A DNA stretch of 64,000 nucleotides, taken from assembly GCA_934561055.1 (NCBI GenBank), contig CAKTFN010000007.1, positions 25,241-89,240 on the forward strand, in the 5' to 3' direction. Below the pieces are notes generated by a model, which saw only the letters and a program-made list of their open reading frames with translations, did no database searches and had not been told where the DNA came from. Source of the DNA: an uncultured Eubacteriales bacterium. Lineage in GTDB: Bacteria; Bacillota; Clostridia; Oscillospirales; Acutalibacteraceae. Below, in pieces: positions 27,229 to 36,495 of the stretch (the stretch's first letter is position 1; each line of letters opens with the position of its first letter). The position numbers and the translations under genes are program-made.

Positions 27229-27259
27229 ATAGTAAACTCTGCAACTGTTACAGAGTCAA
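27229..27259 (-). promoter_or_regulatory. MerR-type promoter/operator (19-bp spacer with an internal dyad) for the MATE-MerR operon
   Basis: Minus strand reads TTGACT, a 19-nt spacer, then TACTAT. The dyad ACTCTG-N9-CAGAGT starts inside the -35 hexamer and runs through most of the spacer. Confidence 0.65.
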
Positions 27260-27540
27260 GGCTTTTTTGAAAAAAATCTCTTTGAATGTCCGGAAAATAT
27301 TTTTCCGCAGAGCATGAACATTTTTTGCGGTTTGAGTACAGACCGAAGAAACTCCTAAAAGCAAAAAGCCGCAACGAAACTTTTGTCCGTCACGGCCTGT
27401 TTTTGCCTTCGCCGGTAACAACGGCGGCAAGGATGAAAAAGATGCCGACTGCGTTTTTGAGGAAGACGCCGCCGCTTCTTTCGTTTTTCCGCTTCACAAT
27501 AAAAGCGGTTGTTACATAGATTTTTTACACGTCCTTCACT

Positions 27541-27575
27541 TTTTAAAAAGAGCGGCGAAAGATTCACCGCTCTTA
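27541..27575 (-). terminator. rho-independent terminator after the GPH transporter gene
   Basis: Minus strand reads AGAGCGG..CCGCTCT followed by TTTTTAAAA. Confidence 0.65.
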
Positions 27576-27580
27576 AAGTT

Positions 27581-29059
27581 TTACTCCGTGATTTCAATTC
27601 CTCTTTCGGCTCTCATAACCTTGAGTTCTTCATGAATCTTCTTTTTCTTGTCGCCGACGATGTCATAGAAGAACAGCGGAATTGCGCAAAGAATAAGGCT
27701 GATTCCGGGAACAATTGAAACGAGTGAATACATTGCAAAGTTTTGAGACGTTGACATTGATCTTGCAATTTCCAAAGCGGCGTTTGCGTCGCCGACATTG
27801 AGCTTCTGCGGGTCAATGCTGACAAGAATGTACATACCGATGATGACAACCGTTGCAACGGCGTTGCCGAGCTTGTTAACAAACGACTGGCATGCGGAAC
27901 CGAGCGCATTGTCTCTGAAACCGGTTTTCCATTCCATGTAATCGATGCAGTCACAAACCATTGCGCCCGAAACAACGTTGATTACGCCGAGAGGAATGCT
28001 CGAAATAATCATGAACGGAATGCAGATGAAAAGGTTCTTTGTGAACCAGCCGACAAGAAGAGTGAGGATGCTCGCACCGAAACCGGCAACGCACGAAACG
28101 ATCATGAGGGTTCTGTATTCAAACTTTTTGAAAAGCTTCGGCATGAAAATCATCGCACCGAACATTCCGATTGCGGCACAAATCTGAATAACGAGCTGAA
28201 TCGTTGACATATTCTTGCTGAACTGATCGGCAGTTGCGGTTGCAAGATCGCCGCCGACATAGAAGCCTGCGTAACGGGCAACGTGCGGAGCTGCGGACTG
28301 AAGCATATATCTTCCGAAGGAGAGAATTCCCGAAAGGACAACAAGCATCAAAGGCTTGCAGTGGAAAATTCTTGAAAGGGTTGAAGGTTCGCCCGGAGCG
28401 CGCTTTGTTGCGTTCGGATGCCTGACTCTTTCTTTGATATTGAACGAAGAAAGGCAGAAAAGAGGCATACCGATAAGCGACATCGAAATCGCCATGATTG
28501 CATATTTCTTTTCGCTGCTCGAAATGAAGTAACCGACAATAATCGGAAGCGCAACTGTGACGGCGGAACCGACTCCTCCGACGGTTCTTCCGTATGAAAT
28601 AATGGTTCCGCGTTCGGCCGGGTTCGGCGTCATAACGTTCGGAAGGCTCCAAAACGGAACGTCACTCGACGTATAAACCATTCCCCAAAGAACATAGACA
28701 ACGGCAACGTAAACATACATCATCGTTGACTGGTCGCCTTCGGCAAAGCCTATCGGACGCAGGAACATGAGAATCGTGAGAATTGCAATGGGAATTGCGG
28801 TGATAACCGGATAGTGGCGCATTCTTCCCCAACGTGAGGTATGGCGGTCAACGATCATACCCATAAGCGGGTCGTTGATTGCGTCCCAAACACGGGCAAG
28901 AAGCATGAGCATGATTACAAACCATGCGTTGAGCGTGAGAACGTTCATGTAAAAGTCTGTAATATAGCTTGACATACAGCTATACACAAGACCCTGGCCG
29001 AGAGCCGCAATCGCATAGGACATGGACTCCTTTTTAGACACATACTTTTTTTCTTCCAT
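27581..29059 (-). CDS. glycoside-pentoside-hexuronide (GPH):cation symporter family MFS transporter
   Basis: MelB/GPH-like N-terminus (SYAIAALGQGLVYSCMSSYITDFY, RVWDAINDPLMGMIVDR). Confidence 0.85.
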   Translation of the reverse strand: MEEKKYVSKKESMSYAIAALGQGLVYSCMSSYITDFYMNVLTLNAWFVIMLMLLARVWDAINDPLMGMIVDRHTSRWGRMRHYPVITAIPIAILTILMFLRPIGFAEGDQSTMMYVYVAVVYVLWGMVYTSSDVPFWSLPNVMTPNPAERGTIISYGRTVGGVGSAVTVALPIIVGYFISSSEKKYAIMAISMSLIGMPLFCLSSFNIKERVRHPNATKRAPGEPSTLSRIFHCKPLMLVVLSGILSFGRYMLQSAAPHVARYAGFYVGGDLATATADQFSKNMSTIQLVIQICAAIGMFGAMIFMPKLFKKFEYRTLMIVSCVAGFGASILTLLVGWFTKNLFICIPFMIISSIPLGVINVVSGAMVCDCIDYMEWKTGFRDNALGSACQSFVNKLGNAVATVVIIGMYILVSIDPQKLNVGDANAALEIARSMSTSQNFAMYSLVSIVPGISLILCAIPLFFYDIVGDKKKKIHEELKVMRAERGIEITE

Positions 29060-29141
29060 AAAATATCTCCTTTTTCACCGTTCAAAAAAAGAACAGATTT
29101 TTTTGCTTTTTTCAAGACTGCCGATTTCCGTTTCTCCAAAA

Positions 29142-30626
29142 TCAGCGTCTGTTTAACAGTTTTCTTCTCAGGGCTGAAAAGCCGTCTTTCCAAATTGCCG
29201 GTGTGAACAAAACGAGAATCGGGAAATACTCAAGTCTTCCGGCGAGCATGTCGATAATCATAACGATTTTTGAAAGGTTTGAAAACGCAGAATAATTTCC
29301 GGTCGGGCCGACGAGCGAAAGACCGGGTCCGATGTTGTTCATCGTTGCGGCAACGGCGGTCATCGAGGTCGTCATATCGAACCCGTCAAGGCTGACTATG
29401 AAAACGGATATGACGTAAACAAGCATTGCAATGACAAAGAACGAGGTCGTGTTTTTCACAACGGCGGTGTCAACGCTCTTTTTGTCAAGCTTGACCGCTT
29501 TGACCGAACGCGGGTGAAGAATTGTTGAAATTTCTCTTGCACTGCTTTTGAGAAGAAGAACAAGCCTTGAAACCTTCAATCCGCCGCCCGTGCTTCCGGC
29601 ACTTGCTCCGATGAACATCAGAATGAACAAAATGAACTGGGAAAGCTGGGGCCATTTTGCAAAGTCGGTCGTTCCGTAGCCGGTTGTCGAAATAATCGAC
29701 GCAACCGAAAAAGCCGCATGGTGAAACGCATCGTAAAACCTTCCGCCGAAAAATTCGTCTTTGATGTTGAACGTTATGCAAAGAACGGAAAAAGCAATGA
29801 TTCCGAGGAACCACCAAAGCTCTTCGTTCTTCAAAACCTGTTTGAATTTTTTTGCAAGCAGAAGGTAATACACGGTGAAATTGACCGCAAAAAGAATCAT
29901 GAAAACGGTGACAACACCTTGAAGGTAGTTGTTTTGATAAAAACCGATGCTTGCGTTTTTGATTGCAAAGCCGCCGGTTCCGGCCGTTCCGAACGCAGTG
30001 CAGATTGAATCGAACCACGGCATTCCGCCGGCAAGAAGCAGAACAATTTCAAGAATTGTCATCGCAAAATAGATGGAGTACAAAATGAATGCGGTCTGGC
30101 GTACTTTCGGAACGAATTTTCCGACCGAGGGGCCGGGACTTTCCGCGCGCATAAGCTGCATTGTGTGGCCGCCCGTAAGCGGAACCACCGCAAGAAGAAA
30201 AACAAGAACGCCCATTCCGCCGATCCAGTGAGTGAAGCTGCGCCAAAAAAGCGAGGTTTGCGAAAGCGCTTCAACGTTTGTGAGTATGCTTGCGCCGGTC
30301 GTTGTGAAGCCGGAGGCGGCTTCAAAAACGGCGTCGATATAGCTCGGAATCTCCTTCGTCAAAAAGAAGGGCAACGCTCCGCAAAGGCTCAAAACAATCC
30401 ACGAAAGGGCAACCGTCACAAAGCCTTCCTTTGCATAAAAGACGTTTTTTTTCGGCTTTCTTACGGAAAGGAGAAGGCCGAAGGCAAGCGAAACGGCGGC
30501 AACAAAAGCATACACCTTCCACTCGTTTTCGCCGTAAAAAATTCCGACCGCAACGGGAAGAAGCATTGAACACGCCTGAATAATGCACACAAGTCCGAGC
30601 AGATATAAAATCATAAAATAATTCAT
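29142..30626 (-). CDS. trkH: TrkH/KtrB family potassium uptake protein
   Basis: Repeated M-P-M pore-loop motifs (SGFTTTGAS, ISTTGYGT, GSTGGGLKV). Confidence 0.9.
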   Translation of the reverse strand: MNYFMILYLLGLVCIIQACSMLLPVAVGIFYGENEWKVYAFVAAVSLAFGLLLSVRKPKKNVFYAKEGFVTVALSWIVLSLCGALPFFLTKEIPSYIDAVFEAASGFTTTGASILTNVEALSQTSLFWRSFTHWIGGMGVLVFLLAVVPLTGGHTMQLMRAESPGPSVGKFVPKVRQTAFILYSIYFAMTILEIVLLLAGGMPWFDSICTAFGTAGTGGFAIKNASIGFYQNNYLQGVVTVFMILFAVNFTVYYLLLAKKFKQVLKNEELWWFLGIIAFSVLCITFNIKDEFFGGRFYDAFHHAAFSVASIISTTGYGTTDFAKWPQLSQFILFILMFIGASAGSTGGGLKVSRLVLLLKSSAREISTILHPRSVKAVKLDKKSVDTAVVKNTTSFFVIAMLVYVISVFIVSLDGFDMTTSMTAVAATMNNIGPGLSLVGPTGNYSAFSNLSKIVMIIDMLAGRLEYFPILVLFTPAIWKDGFSALRRKLLNRR

Positions 30627-30632
30627 GGCTTT

Positions 30633-31991
30633 TTACCTTACAATGTCCTTGAGATCGTTGAGTCCCCGTTCGGTTGTGACAACAACAACGCTGTCTCCGA
30701 CCTGAATCATATCCTGACCGGACGGAATGATGATTTTTCCGTGGCGTGATATACAGCAAAGAAGAATATTCTTTTTGATGTCAAGGTCGCAAAGCGGAAC
30801 GCCGACGGCCTTGCTTTCGGTTCTCACGGCGAACTCAAGCGCCTGAACCTTTCCGCCGACAATGTTATAAAGCGTTTGAACACCGCTTCCGGTTGAGTTT
30901 TCAAGCGCACGGACATAGCTTATAATCATTTCGGAAGTGATATACTTCGGATAAATCACCGAGCCGAGAGAAAGGCGGTCAATAATCCCTTCAAAATTCA
31001 GCTTGTTGATTTTTGTAACGGTTTTCGCCTTGAAGTTTGCGCCGACGTAAAGCGAAAGCATGATGTTCTCCTCGTCGATATCGGTAATCGAAGCAAAGCC
31101 GTCCGCATCGGCGATTCCCTCTTCAAGAAGAAGGCGCTGGTCGCTTCCGTCGCCGTTGATTATCACGATGTCGCTCGGAAGAATCGAATTGAGAAACTCG
31201 CAGTGTTCACGGTTCTTCTCAATGATTTTGACCCTGAAGCCGTATTCCGAAAGCTTCTTTGCAAGGTAGAACGTAATTTTTCCGCCGCCGACAATGATGA
31301 TTGTTTTAATGTGGTTTTTTGCGATTCCGGCTTTTTTGAAGAATGCGCCGGAGTCTCTGTGGGTCGCAATGAAAGAGATTTTGTCTCCCTCGTTCAAAAC
31401 CGTGTCTCCGGTGGGGATAATCACGTCTTTTCCGCGCTCAATCGCACAAATGAGGATTTTTCCCGAAAGACGACCCATTGCGGATTTAATCGGTGACCCG
31501 GCAATCGGAGAGCCGATCGGGAGCCTCGTTTCAAGAAGTTCGATTCTTCCCCTCGCAAAGGTATCGACGGAAATTGCCGAAGGAATTGTGAAAAGGCGGG
31601 TAATCTCGTTTGCGGCTTCCATTTCGGGATTGATAATCATTGAGATTCCGAGCTTTTCTTTGATGAATCCCCTTTCGGTGAGATAGTCCGGATTTCTGAC
31701 ACGGGCGATTGTCCGGCAGGAAGAGGATTTTTTAGCGATAAGACAGCAGAGAAGGTTAAGTTCGTCCGAACCGGTCATCGCTATGAACATATCCGCATAT
31801 TCGATTCCGGCATCCTTTTGAACGTAATAGACAACGCCGTTTCCGACGGTTCCCATAACGTCCGCAACTTCGGTAACTCTTTCAACGGCGTCGGAATTTG
31901 TGTCAATGACCGTAATGTCATGACCCTCCGACGCAAGCTGTTCGGCAAGAGCCGAACCGACTTTTCCGCAGCCAACAATAATAATATTCAT
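30633..31991 (-). CDS. trkA: Trk system potassium uptake protein TrkA (double RCK)
   Basis: Two Rossmann starts (MNIIIVGCGKVG and IIIVGGGKITFYLA), each followed by an RCK_C region. RBS GGAGGAAAA. Confidence 0.9.
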   Translation of the reverse strand: MNIIIVGCGKVGSALAEQLASEGHDITVIDTNSDAVERVTEVADVMGTVGNGVVYYVQKDAGIEYADMFIAMTGSDELNLLCCLIAKKSSSCRTIARVRNPDYLTERGFIKEKLGISMIINPEMEAANEITRLFTIPSAISVDTFARGRIELLETRLPIGSPIAGSPIKSAMGRLSGKILICAIERGKDVIIPTGDTVLNEGDKISFIATHRDSGAFFKKAGIAKNHIKTIIIVGGGKITFYLAKKLSEYGFRVKIIEKNREHCEFLNSILPSDIVIINGDGSDQRLLLEEGIADADGFASITDIDEENIMLSLYVGANFKAKTVTKINKLNFEGIIDRLSLGSVIYPKYITSEMIISYVRALENSTGSGVQTLYNIVGGKVQALEFAVRTESKAVGVPLCDLDIKKNILLCCISRHGKIIIPSGQDMIQVGDSVVVVTTERGLNDLKDIVR

Positions 31992-32160
31992 GAATTTTCC
32001 TCCGAGCAAAACAGAAAGCTGTTTTTACGTCTGAATATTGTATCACATCGGCAAAAGAAATTCTATAGATTTTTCTTTTAATTTCAATTAAGGTTAGTTC
32101 TTTGAATGTAGAAAATTTCCCTTTCTTTTTGGTTGTTTTTGCCGAAAAAGTCTGTTTTCC

Positions 32161-32189
32161 TTGAAAAAACTGCTTTTTTATTGTATTAT
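32161..32189 (+). promoter_or_regulatory. sigma-A promoter for the GH31 gene
   Basis: TTGAAA, a 17-nt spacer, then TATTAT. Confidence 0.55.
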
Positions 32190-32236
32190 TTATCAGTATT
32201 CTATTACGCAGAAAAGCGTTTGAAAGGAAAAAAACA

Positions 32237-34657
32237 ATGAGCGAACTTTCACCGTATTTTTTAAGTAAATTTTCCCGACAATTCAAAAGCAAAACGCCCG
32301 ATGAATTCATTATTCAAAGAGGAGATTTCCGCTTTTCGGTTCTTTCTTCAAGAATTTTCCGCGTTGAAAAGGACAGAAAGCGGATTTTTACCGACGAAGC
32401 AACTCAAACCGTTGTTTGCCGTGACTTTTCAAGGCCGAATTTCAAGGTTTCGGAAAGTAAAAGAAAACTCAAAATTTCAACCGAGGACGCAATTTTTCTC
32501 TTCGACTTCACAAAAGAAAAGGTTGAAAGCATTACCCTCAAAGACTCGAGAACCGTCACCGACTTCAAGACCGGAAACCTCAAAGGCACTTACCGCACGC
32601 TCGACATGATTAACGGTTCGGTAAAACTCGGAGAAGGTCTCATGAGCCAAAACGGCGTTTCCGTCATTGACGACTCAAAAACCGTGATTATATCCGAAGA
32701 CGGAACGATGAAGGAAAGAAGAAGAATTCAAAAAGACGAATATTACTTCGCCTTCGGCAACGATTACAGAGGCTGCCTCAAAGAGTTCTTCAAACTTTGC
32801 GGAGAAGTTCCCCTCGTTCCGAGATACTGCCTCGGAAACTGGTGGAGCAGATACAAGGATTACAGTCAGCAGGAATACATTGACCTCATGCAAACCTTCA
32901 TCGAAAAGGAGGTTCCGATTTCCGTCGCAACCATTGACATGGACTGGCACTGGGTTGACGTCATTGAACGCTTCGGAAAAGAAAACGCATATTACCGCCG
33001 TGAAGGCGGTCTTCCGTACAAAACGATTTCGGAAATTTTTCAAAGTCAGGGCTGGACGGGCTACAGCTGGAACACGGAGCTTTTTCCGGATTACAAGGGG
33101 CTTTTGAACTGGCTTCACGAAAAGAACTTCAAAGTCACCGTCAACCTTCACCCGGCTCAGGGCGTTCGCCCGTTTGAAGATCAGTACGAAGAATTCGCAG
33201 AATTCATGGGCATTGACCCGAAAACAAAAAAGCGCATTCCGTTTGACATCACCGACCCGAAATTTATCGAAGGCTATTTCAAAATTCTTCACAAGCCCTA
33301 CGAAGACGACGGCGTTGACTTTTGGTGGATCGACTGGCAGCAGGAAAGGGACACGAAAATCAAGGGGCTTGACCCCCTCTGGGCGCTCAACCATTACCAC
33401 ACGCTCGACCTTGCTTCAAAAGAAAAACGTCCTTTGATTCTTTCCCGCTTTGCGGAAGTCGGCTCTCACCGTTATCCGCTCGGCTTTTCGGGCGACACAA
33501 TCATCAGCTGGAAGAGCCTTGATTTTCAGCCGTACTTTACGGCGAACGCAACCAACGTCGGCTATACATGGTGGAGCCACGACATCGGCGGCCATCAGCT
33601 CGGTTCCAGAAATGACGAACTTTATGTCCGTTGGGTGCAGCTCGGCGAGTTCAGTCCGATTATGCGCCTTCATTCAACGAAGGACGAATTCATGGGCAAA
33701 GAGCCGTGGAAATACTCCTTTGCGGCGAACACTGCGGCCATAAACGCACTTCGTGAGCGTCATGCTCTTATTCCGTATATTTATTCGATCAACCGCCGCA
33801 CGCACGAAGAGGGTCGTGCCCTTTGCGAACCGATGTATTATTCATATCCGACCGAAAAAGCCGCTTACGAAGTTCCGAACCAGTACTTCTTCGGAAGCGA
33901 ACTCATGGTTTGTCCGGTCACAAAGCCGATGGACAAGCGCACCTTCCTTGCTCCGACAAAGGTCTGGCTTCCGAAGGGCAGATGGACGGATTGGTACACG
34001 GGAAGAATTTATGAGGGCGAACGCTTTGTAACAATGTACCGTGACATTGACGCACTCCCCGTTCTCGCAAAGGAAGGCGCAATCGTTCCGATGTCCCAAA
34101 ACGACAGAACGAACGACATCGCCAACCCCGAAAAGCTCTCCGTCAGAATTTTCAGAGGAACGAACTCTTTCACCCTTTACGAAGACGACGGAGAAACGAT
34201 GAAGTTTGAAGACGGCGCATTCGCCGAAACCGTTCTTTCCGTCAGAGAAGCCGGAAAAGACCTCCTTTTCAAAATCAACCCGGCGAAGGGCGACCTTTCG
34301 GTTATTCCGGAAAAGCGTGAATGGAAGCTTATCTTCGACGACATCAGCAGCGCAAAGGAAATCACCGTCAGAGTCGGCGGAAGAAAGAAAGTTTTCACTC
34401 CCGGCCACAAGGAAGGAAAAACAATCATCGTTCTTCCCTCCGTTTTGTCAAACGCCGAAGTTGAAATTGAATTCAAAGCCTTTGAAGCAAGGAAGAACAG
34501 AGACAAAAAAGAGTGTGTTGTTGAGCTTCTTTCAAAGTATCAGCTTCCGACAATACTCAAGCAGGCAACGCTCGGAAAATTCGTTGAGGACATTACGTCC
34601 CCGTTCCCGCTGAACGACGAAGCGTTCAAAGGTCCGATTGAAGAAGTTCTTCTTTAA
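32237..34657 (+). CDS. glycoside hydrolase family 31 protein
   Basis: GH31 catalytic-region motifs DGVDFWWIDWQQ and GYTWWSHDIGGH, plus C-terminal beta-sandwich domains. Confidence 0.85.
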   Translation: MSELSPYFLSKFSRQFKSKTPDEFIIQRGDFRFSVLSSRIFRVEKDRKRIFTDEATQTVVCRDFSRPNFKVSESKRKLKISTEDAIFLFDFTKEKVESITLKDSRTVTDFKTGNLKGTYRTLDMINGSVKLGEGLMSQNGVSVIDDSKTVIISEDGTMKERRRIQKDEYYFAFGNDYRGCLKEFFKLCGEVPLVPRYCLGNWWSRYKDYSQQEYIDLMQTFIEKEVPISVATIDMDWHWVDVIERFGKENAYYRREGGLPYKTISEIFQSQGWTGYSWNTELFPDYKGLLNWLHEKNFKVTVNLHPAQGVRPFEDQYEEFAEFMGIDPKTKKRIPFDITDPKFIEGYFKILHKPYEDDGVDFWWIDWQQERDTKIKGLDPLWALNHYHTLDLASKEKRPLILSRFAEVGSHRYPLGFSGDTIISWKSLDFQPYFTANATNVGYTWWSHDIGGHQLGSRNDELYVRWVQLGEFSPIMRLHSTKDEFMGKEPWKYSFAANTAAINALRERHALIPYIYSINRRTHEEGRALCEPMYYSYPTEKAAYEVPNQYFFGSELMVCPVTKPMDKRTFLAPTKVWLPKGRWTDWYTGRIYEGERFVTMYRDIDALPVLAKEGAIVPMSQNDRTNDIANPEKLSVRIFRGTNSFTLYEDDGETMKFEDGAFAETVLSVREAGKDLLFKINPAKGDLSVIPEKREWKLIFDDISSAKEITVRVGGRKKVFTPGHKEGKTIIVLPSVLSNAEVEIEFKAFEARKNRDKKECVVELLSKYQLPTILKQATLGKFVEDITSPFPLNDEAFKGPIEEVLL

Positions 34658-34672
34658 AACCAAACAAAAAGC

Positions 34673-34712
34673 AAACTGTCGCATCGGTTTTTACCTTTGC
34701 GACAGTTTTTTA
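34673..34712. terminator. bidirectional terminator (GH31 gene / SanA-like gene)
   Basis: AACTGTCGCA..TGCGACAGTT followed by TTTTTAT. Confidence 0.75.
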
Positions 34713-34783
34713 TAGCGGTGTGATTTTTGTTTTTATAGCTTTCACGGAAAAACTGCGATTGCTTTTTTCATTTTACCGCCTCC

Positions 34784-35419
34784 TTAGCTAACGAACATAC
34801 AGAGAAGAAAGTCCTTGTTTCTTGCAAGTACTTCACGAAGCGACCAGATTATCTGCATAGGATAAAACGGAAGGTATGCCGTCACGCCGTAGGCTTCGAT
34901 TCCGAGCTTGTTCGCAATGTACAGCGCACGGTACATATGATAAGGCTGTGTGATTATGATTATCTTTTTTGCGCCGAAATTATTCTTTGCGTTATAAAGG
35001 CTCTCATAGGTTGAAAAGCCGAAATCGTCAATCACGATTTTTTCCTCTTTCACGCCGTTTTCAAGGCTGACACGCTTCATTGCGGCAAGCTCGTTATAGC
35101 TTTCGCCGCTGTTGTCTCCCGTGAGAAGAAGCTTTGCGCCGTTCACCTTTTCAAGAACTTCCGCTCCCCTTTTGAGTCTTTCGTAAAGCATATGCGACGG
35201 TTCGCCGTCTTCCCGAACGCCGCAGCCGAGCACAAGAACGTAATCGACTTTATCCGTGTGAGACGCCTCTTCAAGGCTGATGATGTTCTTTTTCTGCGAA
35301 AGTATCACATAAAAATTCACGCCGAGGACATAGCCGCCGCCCGCAAGAACAACAATCAGAAAAAGAGCGATTATTCGTTTTGCGGTTTTTGAAAGCTTTC
35401 TTTTGTTTTTCTTTTTCAT
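34784..35419 (-). CDS. SanA/YdcF (DUF218) family protein
   Basis: N-terminal TM segment, then the DUF218 pattern DYVLVLGCGVREDGEPSHMLYERL. Confidence 0.8.
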   Translation of the reverse strand: MKKKNKRKLSKTAKRIIALFLIVVLAGGGYVLGVNFYVILSQKKNIISLEEASHTDKVDYVLVLGCGVREDGEPSHMLYERLKRGAEVLEKVNGAKLLLTGDNSGESYNELAAMKRVSLENGVKEEKIVIDDFGFSTYESLYNAKNNFGAKKIIIITQPYHMYRALYIANKLGIEAYGVTAYLPFYPMQIIWSLREVLARNKDFLLCMFVS

Positions 35420-35518
35420 CTTTGACCGTCCTTTTCTTTTTTCTGAATTTATTATAAAACAGCCGAAAAAGAAAAGCAACCGACGACCGAAAATCGTAAG
35501 TTTGCCTTAAGAAAATTT

Positions 35519-35556
35519 TAAGAAAAAAGCTGCTCCGAAAAAAATCGGAACAGCCA
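35519..35556 (-). terminator. rho-independent terminator after prmA
   Basis: Minus strand reads GCTGTTCCG-ATTTTTTT-CGGAGCAGC followed by TTTTTTCTT. Confidence 0.7.
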
Positions 35557-35569
35557 ACAGAATAATTTA

Positions 35570-36493
35570 TTAAACTTTTTCGGTTTCAAAGCAGACCCAG
35601 CCCTTGTCGCTGTGACGGGCAATGACTTTAAAGCCGTACTTTTTGAATGCGTCGAGAACGACCTGCTCTTTTGTGTCGATGATTCCGCTTGTGATGAAAA
35701 CCGCCCCCTTTTTCATGAAAGCGCCGACATCCTTGCAGAACATCACGATTACGTCGGCAACGATGTTTGCAACAACAACGTCAAATTTTCCGCTGACTTT
35801 GTCGGTAAGGTTGCCTTCAAGAACGGTGTACTCCGGCTCTTTGAAGCCGTTGACCTCTCCGTTTTCCCTCGCCGTTTTGACTGCGAGCACATCAATGTCA
35901 ACGCCGACGGCTTTTTTTGCGCCGAGAAGAAGCGAAGCGATTGAAAGGATTCCGCTTCCGCAGCCGACGTCGAGTACGGTTGTGTCTTCCTTGATGTACT
36001 TTTCGAGCGTTTCAAGGCAAAGGCGGGTCGTTTCATGCGTTCCCGAGCCGAAGGCAAGCCCCGGTTCAATGCTCAGAACAACCCTTCCCTGCGGGTCGGC
36101 CTCCTCCCAAAGAGGACGAATGAGAAGCTTTTCTCCGACGGGCATCGCATGGAAATACTGCTTCCAGTTGTTTTCCCATTCCTCTTTTCTGCATTCGTTC
36201 GTTTCAATCTCGTTTTTGATTCCCTCCACCGAAAGGCGCTCACGAAGGAAGGCAACCGCCTCAAGCGGATTTTCCTCCGGCGAGATATAAACATGAACAA
36301 AAGCCTTTGTTCTGTCCTTTTTCAAAAGGTCTTCGTCAATGAGGTCAATGTGTGCAATTTCCCACGCCTGTTCTTCAAGGTCGCGGTAATCCTCGATATA
36401 GATTCCGTAAGGAACAACCATTGTCGCAATGTCTCCGGCTTTGTCAACGTCGTCGGCATTCACGCATATTTTTACTTCTGTCCATTCGCTCAT
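35570..36493 (-). CDS. prmA: ribosomal protein L11 methyltransferase
   Basis: PrmA N-terminal domain (WTEVKI...) and SAM motif VLDVGCGSGILSIA. The ATG at 36493 is 9 nt after AAGGAGGA, which lies inside the end of the GH13 gene. Confidence 0.9.
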   Translation of the reverse strand: MSEWTEVKICVNADDVDKAGDIATMVVPYGIYIEDYRDLEEQAWEIAHIDLIDEDLLKKDRTKAFVHVYISPEENPLEAVAFLRERLSVEGIKNEIETNECRKEEWENNWKQYFHAMPVGEKLLIRPLWEEADPQGRVVLSIEPGLAFGSGTHETTRLCLETLEKYIKEDTTVLDVGCGSGILSIASLLLGAKKAVGVDIDVLAVKTARENGEVNGFKEPEYTVLEGNLTDKVSGKFDVVVANIVADVIVMFCKDVGAFMKKGAVFITSGIIDTKEQVVLDAFKKYGFKVIARHSDKGWVCFETEKV

Positions 36494-36495
36494 TT

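Noticed and set aside
27431-27519. A small plus-strand ORF (MKKMPTAFLRKTPPLLSFFRFTIKAVVT) in the 364-bp spacer upstream of the MATE-MerR operon.
   Set aside because: The SD is poor and too close to the start. The composition looks random, and the ORF lies antisense to the region between a terminator and a promoter.
31992-32236. A possible c-di-AMP (ydaO) riboswitch upstream of trkA.
   Set aside because: The predicted UTR is only about 45 nt and contains only a trivial AAAACAG/CTGTTTT hairpin.
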